Below, piece by piece: positions 12,376-24,930 of a DNA stretch of 64,000 bases. A program made the position numbers and the translations under genes. The notes beneath the pieces are model-generated. The model was not told where the DNA came from. It was given only the letters and a program-made list of their open reading frames with translations, and made no database searches. The stretch covers positions 1 to 64,000 of the forward strand of contig JALDZX010000056.1 of the NCBI GenBank assembly GCA_022813865.1. Reading direction: 5' to 3'. Each line of letters begins with the position of its first letter. Position 1 is the first letter of the stretch. Origin of the DNA: Xylographa opegraphella (lineage: Eukaryota).

Positions 12376-13830
12376 ATGGGAACGTAAAGCCGAGCAGTCT
12401 CTTCACATTCTTGTCGTTGGTGCAGGTATAAGCGGTCTTTCGGTTGCCATTGGTATATGTGCCACTTACATCCACTACAAGCAGATTTCAGTGCTCACGC
12501 CACGTCACGCCTCATACAGTCTGGCCACTATGTTATTATTCTGGAGCAGGTGCCTCAACCAAGCCCGCATCCTCGGCCGCTCTGGAATGCTAGAGAAGGT
12601 AACAGAGAAGGCGAAATTTGCTGGAGGAATCCCGCTACGCAGATATGCCAACAACGAATAGCTTGGCACAGCCCCTTTGATGCCCGAGGTACAGGATCTC
12701 CATATCTATATCTACACTTGCATAACATCACTATTAACAGTCTTCGCCTGCGTTGGGTAGAAGTATCGCTCCCCACTTTCAGTATTCTACAGAGGTGAGC
12801 CGCAAGCAATCTTTCCCGAGACAGCTAGAGCCAAAAACATTGAGATGCATCTTGATTTGAGGCTTGTAGAAGCGGACCGAGGCTTCGAAGCCCGCGTGAA
12901 ACTCCAATCTGGGGAGTGGTTCGACGGTGATGTGATAACTGTTACCGATAGTCATAAGATTGGCCCTAGGCGGCACATAGCCAAAGCTCACGGCACTGAA
13001 GACCATAGTGAGCCGACTGGCGACGCAGCATATCGCATCTTGATTCCTAAGGAGAAAGTCGAACACGGCCCCGAAGCACTAGAATTGATGAACACTAATG
13101 TAGGTGTGAGATGGGTGGGTCCAATCGTTCACATACTGGCCTACCCGATCAAGTAAAACAGAGTATATAACATGGCTAGTATCCTTATCCAATCCCATTG
13201 TCATCAACGCAGGGTCTGAAGCATTACAGGTCCTCCACATCCTCAAAAGGCGGATGCACCCGATGAGGAGTTGTGTACAAACCAAGGGGATAAGAAAGGG
13301 ATACTCGGTGTCTACAGCGGTTGGAACGATCTTGTCAAGAATCTCCTTACACGTGTCCCGGCGGGAAATATTATGGAATGTACACTGAATACCCGTTGAC
13401 CACTTCCAGAAAGGATAGGAAGTAAGGTAGCCTTGATCGATGATGCCTGCAACCCGATATACGGTCCATCGTAAGCATGTAGGAAAAGAAGCTCATACTT
13501 CACTAGGCTTCCATATATTGTCCAAGGTGCAGCAAATACTATTGAGGACGCTGTTACCTTAATTATGTGCTTCAGCATCACCTCTGATGTCTCATTCGCT
13601 CTTGAAATATACCAGCATGTGCGCAAAATCCGCACGGAAGCGATCCAGCTTTCTACCACAACTACAGGTAAGGCACCACATCTGCCAGATGGCCCAGAAC
13701 AAGAAAAAGGGGATGAAGCTATCAGGGACTCTAAAAAGAAAGGCAGAACCATACCCGTGGGCTGATAAAGAGTGGCAGCAAGCACTTCGTGTGGGCTGTC
13801 AATGTTATTAAGGACACATTTCGAGAACTG
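12376..13830 (+). pseudogene. Decayed FAD-dependent monooxygenase (salicylate hydroxylase-like)
   Basis: Rossmann motif HILVVGAGISGLSVAIG, PTGDAAYRILIP, RWVGP..HILAYPIK, degenerate KVALIDDACNP and PYIVQGAANTIEDA, HLPDGPEQ, PYPWADKEWQ. There is a +1 frameshift right after ATG 12376, stops at about 12659, 13154 and 13397, and further frame changes. Confidence 0.85.
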
Positions 13831-15769
13831 AAGCATAGAAAGAGAATACCAAGGGGCATCATCTAACACCGCTGAAGGCAACAATCTTTACATAACGATA
13901 GTATAGTCGTCATTGTTCAGAATGGAAGGGAAAGAACTCAAGCATCAGTGGACTGTAAAATGTGTGTCAATGACGAGTTTCAGGGAGAACCATGTTTACT
14001 CCGATTTTGATATTGGAACAGGCCGCGACGACTAAGCTTATATAAAGTGTGAGGCTCCATAGCCTCCGTCCATGAACCAGGCTTCGAGACTTGCACTGAC
14101 TCTTTTTTACACATGCGGACTAGGTGGCATTGCCATCACCTTCAATGCTAAATCATCTGCGCCAGCCTCTGATCATATATGTGGGCTAAAAATGTTAGAA
14201 GATGTCCCATTTCGCGAAGAACACGTGATAGTTTTCTATAATAGCGCTTTTTAAGAACTGGCATCAGAATCGCTACGAGACTATTACGGCAATCCTAATT
14301 TCAATCTTCTTCAACACGGCAGATTAGTTAGAGATCTCGCTCCACCCTTGGGGAGAGAACGTGTATCGGAAATGACATCTGGAAGTTACACATTGATGGT
14401 TTCGCGACAGGTGACAGTTCCGATACACAGTCCCTGCAAAGGTAAACTAGCTGGTTTCATAGATGCTGTTTTTGGTCTTGTCGGTTTAAATCATGGCCAG
14501 TAACTCAATGTTCAGTCATGGTCAAGGTACATCCCATTGCTAGCAGCACCTCCTTATTCTCGTCTTGCTTTACTCATCGAGCAGCGAGCAGGTCTTCGTA
14601 TTCTTTCCTTCGTACTTAAGTGTGATGGCGTAGACGGCTCCTCGAAGGGTTGGGTGAATCGCGCTTTCATGGCCAGCGGCGAAAACTCTCCTGTAGTCTG
14701 CTCCGCCTACCAAGTTCTCGGTAACGATATTTTTAGATACTACGGCTTGACAGCTTGCTCAGGGTTTTTTACAGACCAGAGACTGGCAAACATCTGCAGT
14801 CCATTTTCTTGAAAATAAATTGAAAATTTGTTTCCATGCATTTTATGGTATATCCAGGCTGGAGCGCTAACTTTTAAGTCAACGAAGACTAAGCAATCAA
14901 GCAGTCCTCTCTTGATATTGCCGACTTCGATCTTGTGGATGTCGCCTCAATCGACGCGGTGCCTAATTTATGGCGAGAAGTGATTGAGTCATTCTCAAGG
15001 GCCAGCGCATTTTCCGGTGATATGCGTAATTTAGTTTTACGTGATACTTCGAGACCTGAAGACAGCCAGTTTAGTATCAAACTTACATTAGAACCAACCG
15101 AGTCACTGACATTTTGACTTGTGGCAGGATTCGACGGCGGAGAAAGGGCGATCCTGGCCCTTACAGACCGTGAACTTAGTTATACAAATAACTCTCTGAG
15201 CACTGGTTACTTTCTTCGAACGTTTTTCGCCGATAGTGACGACAACCAGGAGCGATCTTGCGAGTAGAGACTTGAGCACTTCTCCTCAACGATCTGGACG
15301 CTTTTGGGCTTCATGAACGCAAATGTCCATAAGGCTCTTTGGCTTTCGTGTCCGTCAGGGCATATATTTCTAGAGAGAAGCGAGGTTCAAACTCCTAAGT
15401 TAGTCAGATAGGGCAGATTGCTCCAACGACGCCAGTACTGTTATCGAAAGAAGATGTGTATGACGTATATTGCGACGAGGTAACTAAATATCCGCCGCTG
15501 AGAGGCAATCAGAAGATGTAAAAGATAGAAAGCAACAAGCGAGTATGAACGTCGATTGGAAGGCAGCTTCTAAAGGAAGCGATGTCAGTGATAGGATAGT
15601 AGCAGTCTCAACAAATCAATATGAATGGAACTAGTCCAGTTCATTATCTTGCTCCCTGGCCACCTTCTCATATTCAATTCTCTTGACAGCACAGCTGTCC
15701 CGTAGAAACATGAGTTGCCTGGAGAATCGCTTTCAGCCGAAAACCCCCCAGAACCTATGTCTCTTTGTC

Positions 15770-17747
15770 CTTACATAACTTATAAGACTACTCTGAGGAT
15801 TTAGGGCACGACGTAAGCGCCACCATCACCGCTACAAAGAGTCTCATCGAAAGGCTCGAGAGTGCTGCAGTCCTCGGGTCAGACACAAGCAGAGGAGTGG
15901 TGGCGACTGCAGAAGATTTGCTCTTCAATGTGACTCCGCGAGTGATATAATCATCTGCTAACCTCCGTTAGTTTCTCGTCTGATGCATGCCTGGATCTGT
16001 TGATTGTGGTTTCTAAACGGAACGCAAAAGCAATAGCCAAAATATTGAGCCTATTTGTACCTTCAGGGATCCTTAGCATTTCTAGCAAGAGCGGTCCTAT
16101 CAAAAGCTCTAAGGTGCCGCTCATGATGCACAAGACGGCTACTGAATTGAGATCGCCACCCTGATTGATAGTGGCAGGATTCGTCAATGCCATGGTCAAC
16201 GATCACGCTGCGAGAGATAGGCTGCGCTTTGATGAGATGCCCAAGGCGTAGCATAAAGCTGGATATCCAAATAAAGACGCGATGGATATGGCTATATCTG
16301 GTACCACAATAGATAAGAAGTGAAGGGGTTCCTTTCGATCCTGAAAATATGGGAAGTGCCAAGGCTACAATGCTCACATCTAGTATACTCGCAACGACGT
16401 CACCGGCGCCTGGCATTGAAACGCGGTTTACACTACAGACCTTAAGATACTTGGTCCCTCCTGAGTAATTATGGAGCCAGTCTTGGAGAGTCTCGTGTTT
16501 TGAGAGCGCTAGAAGCCATATACCGAGTATTGTAAGGCCCGAGGAGACCAAGACGGGATGCGAAAAGCGTTCCCAATAAGGGGGTACACAAAGGGCAGCG
16601 AGATATGCCAGAACGCTCAGGGACATTTGAATAGGCATAGCATATCCGAGGGTAAAGTAAACAGAGACAGTAGCTAGAAGAAATATTGTAGAGTATGTAA
16701 GCGCCAGGTTGCCCATTGTTGTGAGTGCGTTGCGTTACCTTAGGCGAAAAGGGTCTTGGCGCTGGACTAGCTTCAAAGGAAGCTTCCTGCATGGCGTCCT
16801 GGTTTACTCTTGCAATGCCACTATAAGCATCATGGAGGTGTAACGGATTCTGAGTTGGCGAGGGTAGAGCTGGGAGAGTATTCGCATCTTCCATGCCCAC
16901 CCGATGCGGAACCGGTGCCTCATTTGTTTCGCGTTTTGTTAAAGGTATATATTCGGAATCAAGTTCAGTCTCATCCGCACGCCCAACGAGAGTCCTTTTG
17001 GTGGTCCCGAGTAGCAGTTGAAGACCTCGAACCAGATAAGCCGTTGTACTTAGCATCAAGATGAGCCCAATAACTGAGTATGACTTAGCACAAACCCGCT
17101 CAGGCATAATTGCAAGGCCACGGAAAACAGCGGTTATCAACCCAACCTCGACACCACTGATGGCTGGGCTCAGGCGGAGAAGAACTAAATCTGTCGGCAT
17201 CGTGCAGATTTCACTATACCTAGTACCCATCTCAACACATCTAAGCATGAGTTGCGTGAGTGCGGCATTACTTACCGAGTGAAGGGGTGAAAAAACATTG
17301 ATGTACCGCAAAGCGAATCAAGCTGTAGACTATCAAAGTCCGTACAGAAACTTTGTTGCACTTCTTCGAGCTCACAGTCACCTCTACCACACGTCAAATC
17401 TCTTTAGTTTTCTTGTCCCCAAGCGTAGCCCGTGAAACCATGAGACCAAAGAATAGCAGTATCAAAAGAGCGACGGAAGCAGGAAAAGACACCGCGCTTG
17501 AGCCGATTCAACGCTCAATACTCCGACATGCAAGAAAAGCACATAATATGCCGAATGGAACATAGAGCCATGAAGTTAACACGGGCGAGTAAGAAGAGCG
17601 AGTTGCCTGTGTGTGCTATCAGTCGTATCACCATTTCCGACACATCACTCCATACAAGGCGAAGCACCTCCCACCAGCCTTGCTGCCTGAGAAAACTGTG
17701 TGTCGTGCCTTCTGCCGCTTAACTGAACCAACCTCTGTGGTTTCCAT
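15770..17747 (-). pseudogene. Decayed LrgB-like (LrgA/LrgB fusion, PLGG1-like) membrane transporter
   Basis: Segments WLYVPFGI...VSFPASVALLILLF, MPGAGDVVASILDVSIVALALPI, SLFGYPALCYALGIS.KRSLSLAA*SLTMAL, GGDLNSVAVLCIMSG and DDYITRGVTL...SDPRTAALSSLSM. TGA stops at 17508-17510, 17394-17396 and 16203-16205, and frameshifts near 16720 and 16345. Confidence 0.85.
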
Positions 17748-18096
17748 GTAAATGGGTGTGACAGAGACGGTACCGAGTACGTTAGATAGCTTTCATTGCG
17801 AGACGGGGATGAGGAGAAATGTGTGTGCTATCTTTAGCCCCACCACCCCAGTCCGCTAGGATAACAACGGCAGTCGTTGCAGTGAAATTACCGTAAGTTA
17901 CCTAGTGCAGTCGTCGGCGAACTGCAGGTACGAAGAAGGTACAAGGTACCTTACTTATGTAGGTCCCTATCACACGTCGTTCATTCACCTGATCAAGCTC
18001 CAGGCTTGAGTCTCAGATTAAACCTTGATAGGACTTGTGCTGCGTACTATTTATACTTAACATCAACTGGCAATCGTGCCATCGCCGTATTACAAG

Positions 18097-19087
18097 ATGC
18101 TTATCCGATTATCCATGCTTCTGGTGCTCGTTCTCCCCTTTGTGATCGCGGATGTTGAATTTGTCGCGCCAGCTCCAGGGGCTTCTGAACAAGCAGGATC
18201 TACGATCACAGCGACATGGCAAGATTCCAAACATGCTCCGGCATTGACAAGCTTGGCCGGCTACACAATCCTTCTAATGGTGGGAGGCGATACAGATGCT
18301 ACGTCGGTGGGTTTCCAAACACTGGATAACTTAGCTGCGAGGCTTACCAAGATGTTTCCTGTAGCAACAAGTCCCGACAGTGCCAGCTGCAATAGCTGGT
18401 AATCACAACCTTGGCACATCAATGACGTTCACTGTCCCAGTCACCGCAGGACCTCCGGACAAAAATGCATAGTACGTTGTGTGCAAGTGCAAAATCGCCC
18501 AGTTCAAAAATTGACGTATACATGATCATATAGCTTCCTTAAGATCACCTCTGCACCTACTTCTGGCGGGGGTACTGTGGTGAACTACTCTCAGCGCTTC
18601 TCCGTCTCGGGCATGACTGGGGCGTGGCCAAGTCTGGCAATACAAGCAGCTTTCAAGGCAACCAGCGGTGCTCTGACCGCAGTGCCTGCAACCGTAAACA
18701 CGGTTACCAACGGCGTTCCAAATGCTCCTGCTGCGGGTGGAGGCGTTGCTGACGGGCAATACGGTGTTTCTTATCAATTTCAAACGACCGGACTTACAAA
18801 ATATGCACCTATGCAGCTTAGACCTGGGAATACGATAACTGCGACCAATACCGCTCCGTTATTCCCACCCAGTTTATTCACGGTTGCTCCAACTTATCTG
18901 CCCACTCCGAGCATAGTCACAACTATCACCCAATCTGTGACCTTCAGTGTGACGAGCATCGTGAATCCTGTAAGTGTTCGCCACAGAATTATCGCTGTCG
19001 TGGTACTAACAAAACACACAATAGGCCAGTCCAGCACCCATGCCTTCGGATGACATGCAGAAGTTTTTAGCCCGATGGAGGGATTAA
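18097..19087 (+). CDS. KRE9: Kre9/Knh1-family cell-wall beta-1,6-glucan synthesis protein (4 exons)
   Basis: Signal peptide then ADVEFVAPAPG. Also NAY|FLKI, VVNYSQRFSVSGMTG, QTTGLTKYAPMQ..PG, and C-terminus NP|ASPAPMPSDDMQKFLARWRD*. Confidence 0.88.
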
Positions 19088-19442
19088 ATGAGAGCATACG
19101 TTGCATATCGGCGTTGTGGATGTTGACAATGGTTATAATGACATGCTTGATGTAGACTACTAGCCTGGAGGAAATGTATTAGCGGTTGCTGTTGCATTTG
19201 GAAGGAGTCCCTATGGTTCATGTATAAAATCACAACGGACGTGGCTGGAACATTAATTTCGAGGGCATCTGGGATAGTTAACGAGATGTTATATTCAAAT
19301 CAAATGAGCTTCAGTCATTGTCGAGCTCGAGACTACTGGGAACCTAGGATTTTGAGTAGATCTAGCCGACCATTAATGGATCCTTCAGTCCAGAGCGATG
19401 TAAAGTCTTCCCGAGTCCTCACCAATCCTTATAACCATCAAC

Positions 19443-20999
19443 ATGGATAGAGTTTTGAGCAACAGCAGGTACCCTGCGAAAGCCCATGCTGCTAAAGTAG
19501 CATCGTATCTCAAGAGTAAATCTCCGTCCGCTGTTGGAATTATCTACCTTGAAGGCCAGAAGACGCACATGATCGAGGACAACGACGAACCCGTTCCTTT
19601 CCGGTATACTGATTTTTCAAAACTATTAGTGAACACATTGGAGAAAAGCTAAAGCAATCTAGACAACGTCGGTATTTCTTCTATCTCTCCGGCTGCAATC
19701 TCCCAGATAGCTGCCTCACCTACAACATCCACACTAAGCACCTTACGCTCTTTATCCCTCCCATCGATCCAGAATCTGTCATTGTAAGTCACTTCCGATT
19801 GTTGACACTGTCACACTGAGTGTCCTGATTACATCAGTGGTCCGGGCTGCCCGTCCTCCCCACCCAGGCTCTGAAGCTCTACGATGTCGATGACGTACGC
19901 CTCACCAGCGAAATCAACGCTTACTTGACCTCGCACGATCCGGCTGCCGACTCAACGGGCAGCTGCGTGTGGGCCATTCCAGAGCAAGTCTCCGACCAGT
20001 CCATTTTTCTCGCCTTCGAGCAAAAGGATTTGTTGGGGCTTAAAGATGCCATTGAGGAGTGCCGCGTTGTGAAAGACGAGTACGAGATCGCCCTCATCAA
20101 GAAAGCCAATGAGGTCTCCGCCATCGCTCACACTGCCGTTCTGAAAGCCGCCAAGCACGCACGAAACGAGAGGGAGCTAGAGGCGATTTTTCTGGAAAAA
20201 TGTATCGCAAATGGAGCGCGAGAGCAGGCCTACCATGGGATCTTCGCATCTGGTACAAACGCCGCTACGCTGCATTACCAGAAGAATGACCAGGAGCTAG
20301 GGACAAGGCTGAATCTGCTGCTGGATGCGGGCGCGGAGTGGAGGTGCTATGCATCCGATGTCACACGGACGTTCCCAATCAGTGGACGCTTCTCGAAGGA
20401 GAGCAGGGAGATATACGATATCGTCCTACGGATGCAACAGGAGTGTATTCAACAGTTGAAGGAGAAAGTACTGTGGGACGATGTGCATGCACTGGCACAC
20501 GAGATCGCAATTGAAGGATTGCTAGATCTGGGGATCTTAACAGGTAGGAAGGAAGAAATATTTGAGAAGAGGACTAGTGTAGCGTTTTTCCCGCATGGGC
20601 TAGGGCATTACTTAGGGATGGACACGCACGATACGGGAGGACATCCTGATTATAAGGATAAAGATAGGATGTTTCGCTATCTGAGGGTTAGAGGCCGGTT
20701 GCCTGGAGGAAGTATTATTACCGTGGAACCTGGAATCTACTTTTGTCGGTTCATTCTAGAACCATATCTGGATGACCCAGTACACAAAGATCACATCGAC
20801 CGAGAGATACTCGATCGCTATTGGGATGTCGGAGGAGTGAGGATCGAAGGTAAAGGCAAATTCTTGTGCTTAGATTGCACCACTATCGCTAATCTCTCAC
20901 TGAACAGACAATGTGCTTATTACGGAGACTGGCTACGAGAATCTTACGACAGCAGTAAAAGTCGTAGAAGAGATGGAAAGTGTCATCGATAGCAGCTAG
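19443..20999 (+). CDS. pepP: Xaa-Pro aminopeptidase/prolidase (M24B), 4 exons
   Basis: [86 protein letters not shown]. Confidence 0.93.
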
Positions 21000-21927
21000 T
21001 GGAAATGGGGACGTGATGTGGATATGCGTAAAGGTCACAGTGCATATGTTCTCGAGAAGCCCAGACGTTCATTAGGTATAAAGCCCACATAGTGAATATG
21101 CCTAGACCTTTTAAAGGTAGGAGCTTCAGGTATCAACATAAATTTAGTAGAAAGCGTTATTATACAAATCTACCGGGTAATGGGTTTAAGAAACTGAATA
21201 ATATACACCCAGATCAGAATAGAACGCATGTTCTTCAATGAGGTGGTGCTGACGCACGAGAGCCCTGTTAAGACGCCAGTTCGACCCGTCCTCCAAAGTT
21301 GGCGGTACCTCATTAAGGTAGAGAGCTCTTGAGCAAAGCAGCCAGGCGTATACAATAACATAGTACGGCAGTACCGAAACCAGTAAAGCCTCGTCGGAGT
21401 GATTGAGCGAAGTGTCCATTATCGACTGTCCTCGAAGCCTTTTAATTCATGAAGGCCTGGTCGATTCGCCCTCAACTCATTCACCTCTTTTCAGATCCCT
21501 AACGTCCAGAAGAAGGGACTCAGCTCATTAGTTTCGTTATGTGACCACTGTTCTCGAGAAAGAGACATTACAACCACACAAAGATATTGAAAACTCGGAC
21601 TGTTTAACGATATTCCTGGTTTGAACGGCCATGTGCTTCGAAGAAGCGACAATATGAGACCTCATCGCAACAGATCTAAGAGAAGAGCAGCCTTTCCTAC
21701 ACTCGTTCACACACGTCGCACAGCAGAATACCCCGAAACCTCGTGGGGTAGGCAGAGAACGAGTTGCAAAAGGTATGAAGCCAATACCCATTCGTGACTT
21801 GAAGGTCGCGAATGTACCTCCATACCCAAGTTGAATAAGCCTGACGGGCCCATCACAAGACCCAAGAGTACGTCAATGCTACAATCCACACGACTTCAAA
21901 TTGTAGAACTGCAATTGACATCCAAGC

Positions 21928-22911
21928 TCATTCAGCGATCGAAGAACTAGCCTCACTTGAGGTCTCATGCACAATCGTACGAATGGTCATTCTCCGCTTT
22001 AAAGGCAACACCGGCTGAAAGGTTTTTGGCAGACCTTGAAAATTCGCCCCGTCCCTCATCATTTCTGCGTGTTTATGCAGCATCTCTTTGCCAACCTTGA
22101 GCTCAAAGTCTGTCAAGAAGCAGAAGCTAATCTCTAGTCGACCAAGCTCAGGCTCGCTCACTCCTCCTACTTTCGCGAAGCGTCGATGCGGATAGCTGAG
22201 GTCCTCGAGCGCTTTCATCGCTACACGAAGACCTGCTAAGACAAGTCGATGCGCGTTGCGCCTTGTGACAGGGATAATACGTTCAACGAAGGCCAATTTG
22301 TGGATATACAGCGAAGTGGCGAGATACACGGCTGTGGACATGGGACAATAGCGATGCAAACGAAGTAGATATTCTTCCAGCGGGATTGGAGGCGGTCGTT
22401 TCGAGTAGAATTTCCTTGTGAGTGCACCCTCTTGGACGTAAAGCGGTTGGGGGTCGTTACCAATGATATGAAAGGGTTCAGCTGGATGTGCTTCCGGGGA
22501 TCCGATTGGTGTTCTAGATGTCATCGGTACATCTTGATCCTCTTGTCCCTCGGAGATTTGCTTCGTGCATGTTTGACGGTGAAACCTGCCTCTGTTCTCC
22601 TGCAGGATTGGCATGATTGGCGTATTCGGAATACTCACTGGAGGCGTTGGCGGTATATCACCCGTTATTTGTACCATTTCTTCAATCAAAGTACAAAGCA
22701 TCTTGAGTGCAACGACGGGGGACATTGTAAAGATGTCTATGGCTTGATCCGCGGCAAAAAACTCCGACTCCGAGCTGGGTGAATCAGGAAGAGCCGTCAT
22801 TCCGGCGTCAGCCGATGGCCGTGGAGCTGCTGGTAGCGGGAATGGTTCTAATCCGCATTGCTGCTCGTAAGAACCAGTCCCTGGAATATTATCCTTGGGA
22901 GGAGTATACAT
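21928..22911 (-). CDS. Pho80/Pcl-family cyclin (Pho85 partner)
   Basis: Cyclin box KFYSKRPPPIPLEEYLLRLHRYCPMSTAVYLA...NAHRLVLAGLRVAMKALED...FAKVGGVSEPELGRLEISFCFL. First in-frame ATG is at 22911. Confidence 0.9.
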   Translation of the reverse strand: MYTPPKDNIPGTGSYEQQCGLEPFPLPAAPRPSADAGMTALPDSPSSESEFFAADQAIDIFTMSPVVALKMLCTLIEEMVQITGDIPPTPPVSIPNTPIMPILQENRGRFHRQTCTKQISEGQEDQDVPMTSRTPIGSPEAHPAEPFHIIGNDPQPLYVQEGALTRKFYSKRPPPIPLEEYLLRLHRYCPMSTAVYLATSLYIHKLAFVERIIPVTRRNAHRLVLAGLRVAMKALEDLSYPHRRFAKVGGVSEPELGRLEISFCFLTDFELKVGKEMLHKHAEMMRDGANFQGLPKTFQPVLPLKRRMTIRTIVHETSSEASSSIAE

Positions 22912-23730
22912 TATGAGACGTGAAGTCGACAACTTCCACCTGATTCACAATGATAGCAATAGCCGCCGCCAGTACAATGCGTTTGTTGGCCGTTGTCGGC
23001 TTCTTGTTTTGCCCGAGCAGTCCAATACACACATCGTCGCCGTAGCTCAATAAATAAGGGACTGGGATCCGTCAAGCCGTTCGAGGCAAGGTAGGTAGGC
23101 CAACGAATCTGGAGCAAGCGCCAAGTCAGTCCCACGAACGATAGAAACCTCATTGCTGCCGACGTACAGGTCTCAATACCCCCGTCAAGGCGAAAGCCTG
23201 GCTATTGTCAAAGGAAAAAGCGACGAGACTAATTACGACATGAGCGATGTTCTCCAAAGGGATGACATTCAGGTTGCGTCGTGAGGACCGAGCTCAATTA
23301 ATACACAGAGGAGCAGATGGACTGAGATCTATGTTTATTGGTGGTCATCATTGGAGAGTACTCGGCTCTCATAGACGCGGAATCCACCTGATCTCGTTGA
23401 CGTTTGGTTTTGTTCGATAGGTAGGCAATTCCACCAACGCATGCATCCATCTACCTTCATATCTCTTGATAGCGTGGTAGCAGACCCCTGTCAGGACCGA
23501 GATCCGCGGGGTAGAACAGGCTAAATGACGCTAAATTAGTTTACTGAACCACTTCACCACTTCACAGCACCTCCGGAGTTCCGCGTAGGACTTTTTGCTT
23601 CCTGGAATTTAATTTAAGTAGATCTGCTATTACTACGCTACCGTCATTGCATAAGTTACTCCCAAAACAAACGCCGGCTATACAGCAGAGATATCCAGCG
23701 CCCTATTTCAAGTGTGCAGAAATCAAACAC

Positions 23731-24930
23731 TTAACGCCTTCTTCGCCACGCCCACCGAGAGTCATCGTCGTATACAATTTGTTCCCCAGCATACGTGCCA
23801 CGACGTCGTAGCCCAATTCCGTCTGGTCGACGCTCCAGACCACGGTCCCGTGCTCTTCCATCCACTTGCCGATCGAATTCCTCTTGCATTGCTTGGCCAA
23901 GTACTCGTGCGCCCCTGTCTTCCAAGTCGTTGTAACGCGTCTGATGAAGCTCAACTATACGAGCTGTGTCCAGTCTGTGCCTTCGCCGCCGATCCATTTC
24001 AAACTGCAGATGTGCTTCTTCCCGATCTTGCCACCTTCGTTCTGCTTCTCTTTCCGCTGCTTGTCGCTCTCGATATTCGTTGATCTCTGCGATTAAGGCA
24101 TCGGTCCGCTCCGTGACGCGACTGCGTCGGCGTGCCTCCGCTATTTCGGTTTGTAATCGCTCGGCAGTCTGAGCACGTCTTCTCCATGCAGCTAGCTCAT
24201 GCTCTAATCGTGCTAGTCGTTGATTGATACGCTCCAGCCGACCTCGAGAATGGTTCCTTCGATCCGCCGACTGCGAATCGCGACGACGAGCTGCTCCATG
24301 TCTTCTTTCGTGAACTCGTGTAGGGAGGTGTACCTGGGGCCTTGGTTCCTCTCGGCTTCGGTTTCCATTTCGGCCGCGATCCCGCTCAGGCGTTCTTGGC
24401 TCAACAACCACCACTGTTGGAGAATGTGGTCGAGGTGGTGGGTATGGAACAGCAGGCTGTGTGGCCCACGATACTGGTCCAGGCTGCGGGTGAAGCATAT
24501 GAGGCGACGTCATGGGCGGCGGATGCATCGCTGTTTGATACATTACCGGCTGATCTTGTGATGTTTCATACAACGGTGGTAGAAAATGACGTTCCTTCTT
24601 TTCCTTAGAGGTAAAAGGGAAATGCCAGTTGAAGTCAAGCCGCCAGCTCGCTTTCTTGGCTTTTTGCGATTGCCCAGAAGTGTTGAGCGGTCCCATTGAA
24701 GGGGCACAGGCCCATACGGGTGGGACTCGGGGTCCTATAGGAAGCTGGTAAGGTGGTGCGCTATTCTGTTCTGGAAAACGATGATTCGGAGGCAATCTGT
24801 GATCCTCCATCGTCCTAATTTCCGTACGGTTACAGGGAGTGTTCGGAGTACCTCTTGGACAATGGAGCAGGTGCTCCCTTGGTACACGATGTCCATCCGG
24901 AAAGACAATGGTCCAGCTTTCGAGGATACA
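23731..24930 (-). CDS. Uncharacterised protein: Cys/His N-terminus, Pro-rich middle, Arg/Glu coiled-coil C-terminus
   Basis: Uninterrupted 424-codon frame with first ATG at MCILESW (24930) and a domain-like composition. No family recognised. Confidence 0.7.
   Translation of the reverse strand, partial: CILESWTIVFPDGHRVPREHLLHCPRGTPNTPCNRTEIRTMEDHRLPPNHRFPEQNSAPPYQLPIGPRVPPVWACAPSMGPLNTSGQSQKAKKASWRLDFNWHFPFTSKEKKERHFLPPLYETSQDQPVMYQTAMHPPPMTSPHMLHPQPGPVSWATQPAVPYPPPRPHSPTVVVVEPRTPERDRGRNGNRSREEPRPQVHLPTRVHERRHGAARRRDSQSADRRNHSRGRLERINQRLARLEHELAAWRRRAQTAERLQTEIAEARRRSRVTERTDALIAEINEYRERQAAEREAERRWQDREEAHLQFEMDRRRRHRLDTARIVELHQTRYNDLEDRGARVLGQAMQEEFDRQVDGRARDRGLERRPDGIGLRRRGTYAGEQIVYDDDSRWAWRRRR

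Noticed and set aside
15384..15395. GGTTCAAACTCC (and GGCTCGATTCC near 2577) as tRNA B-boxes
   Set aside because: Spacing or sequence deviates from the consensus, and no cloverleaf can be folded.
12376..17747. Secondary-metabolite gene cluster
   Set aside because: No PKS, NRPS, terpene synthase or cluster regulator is present, only two decayed genes.
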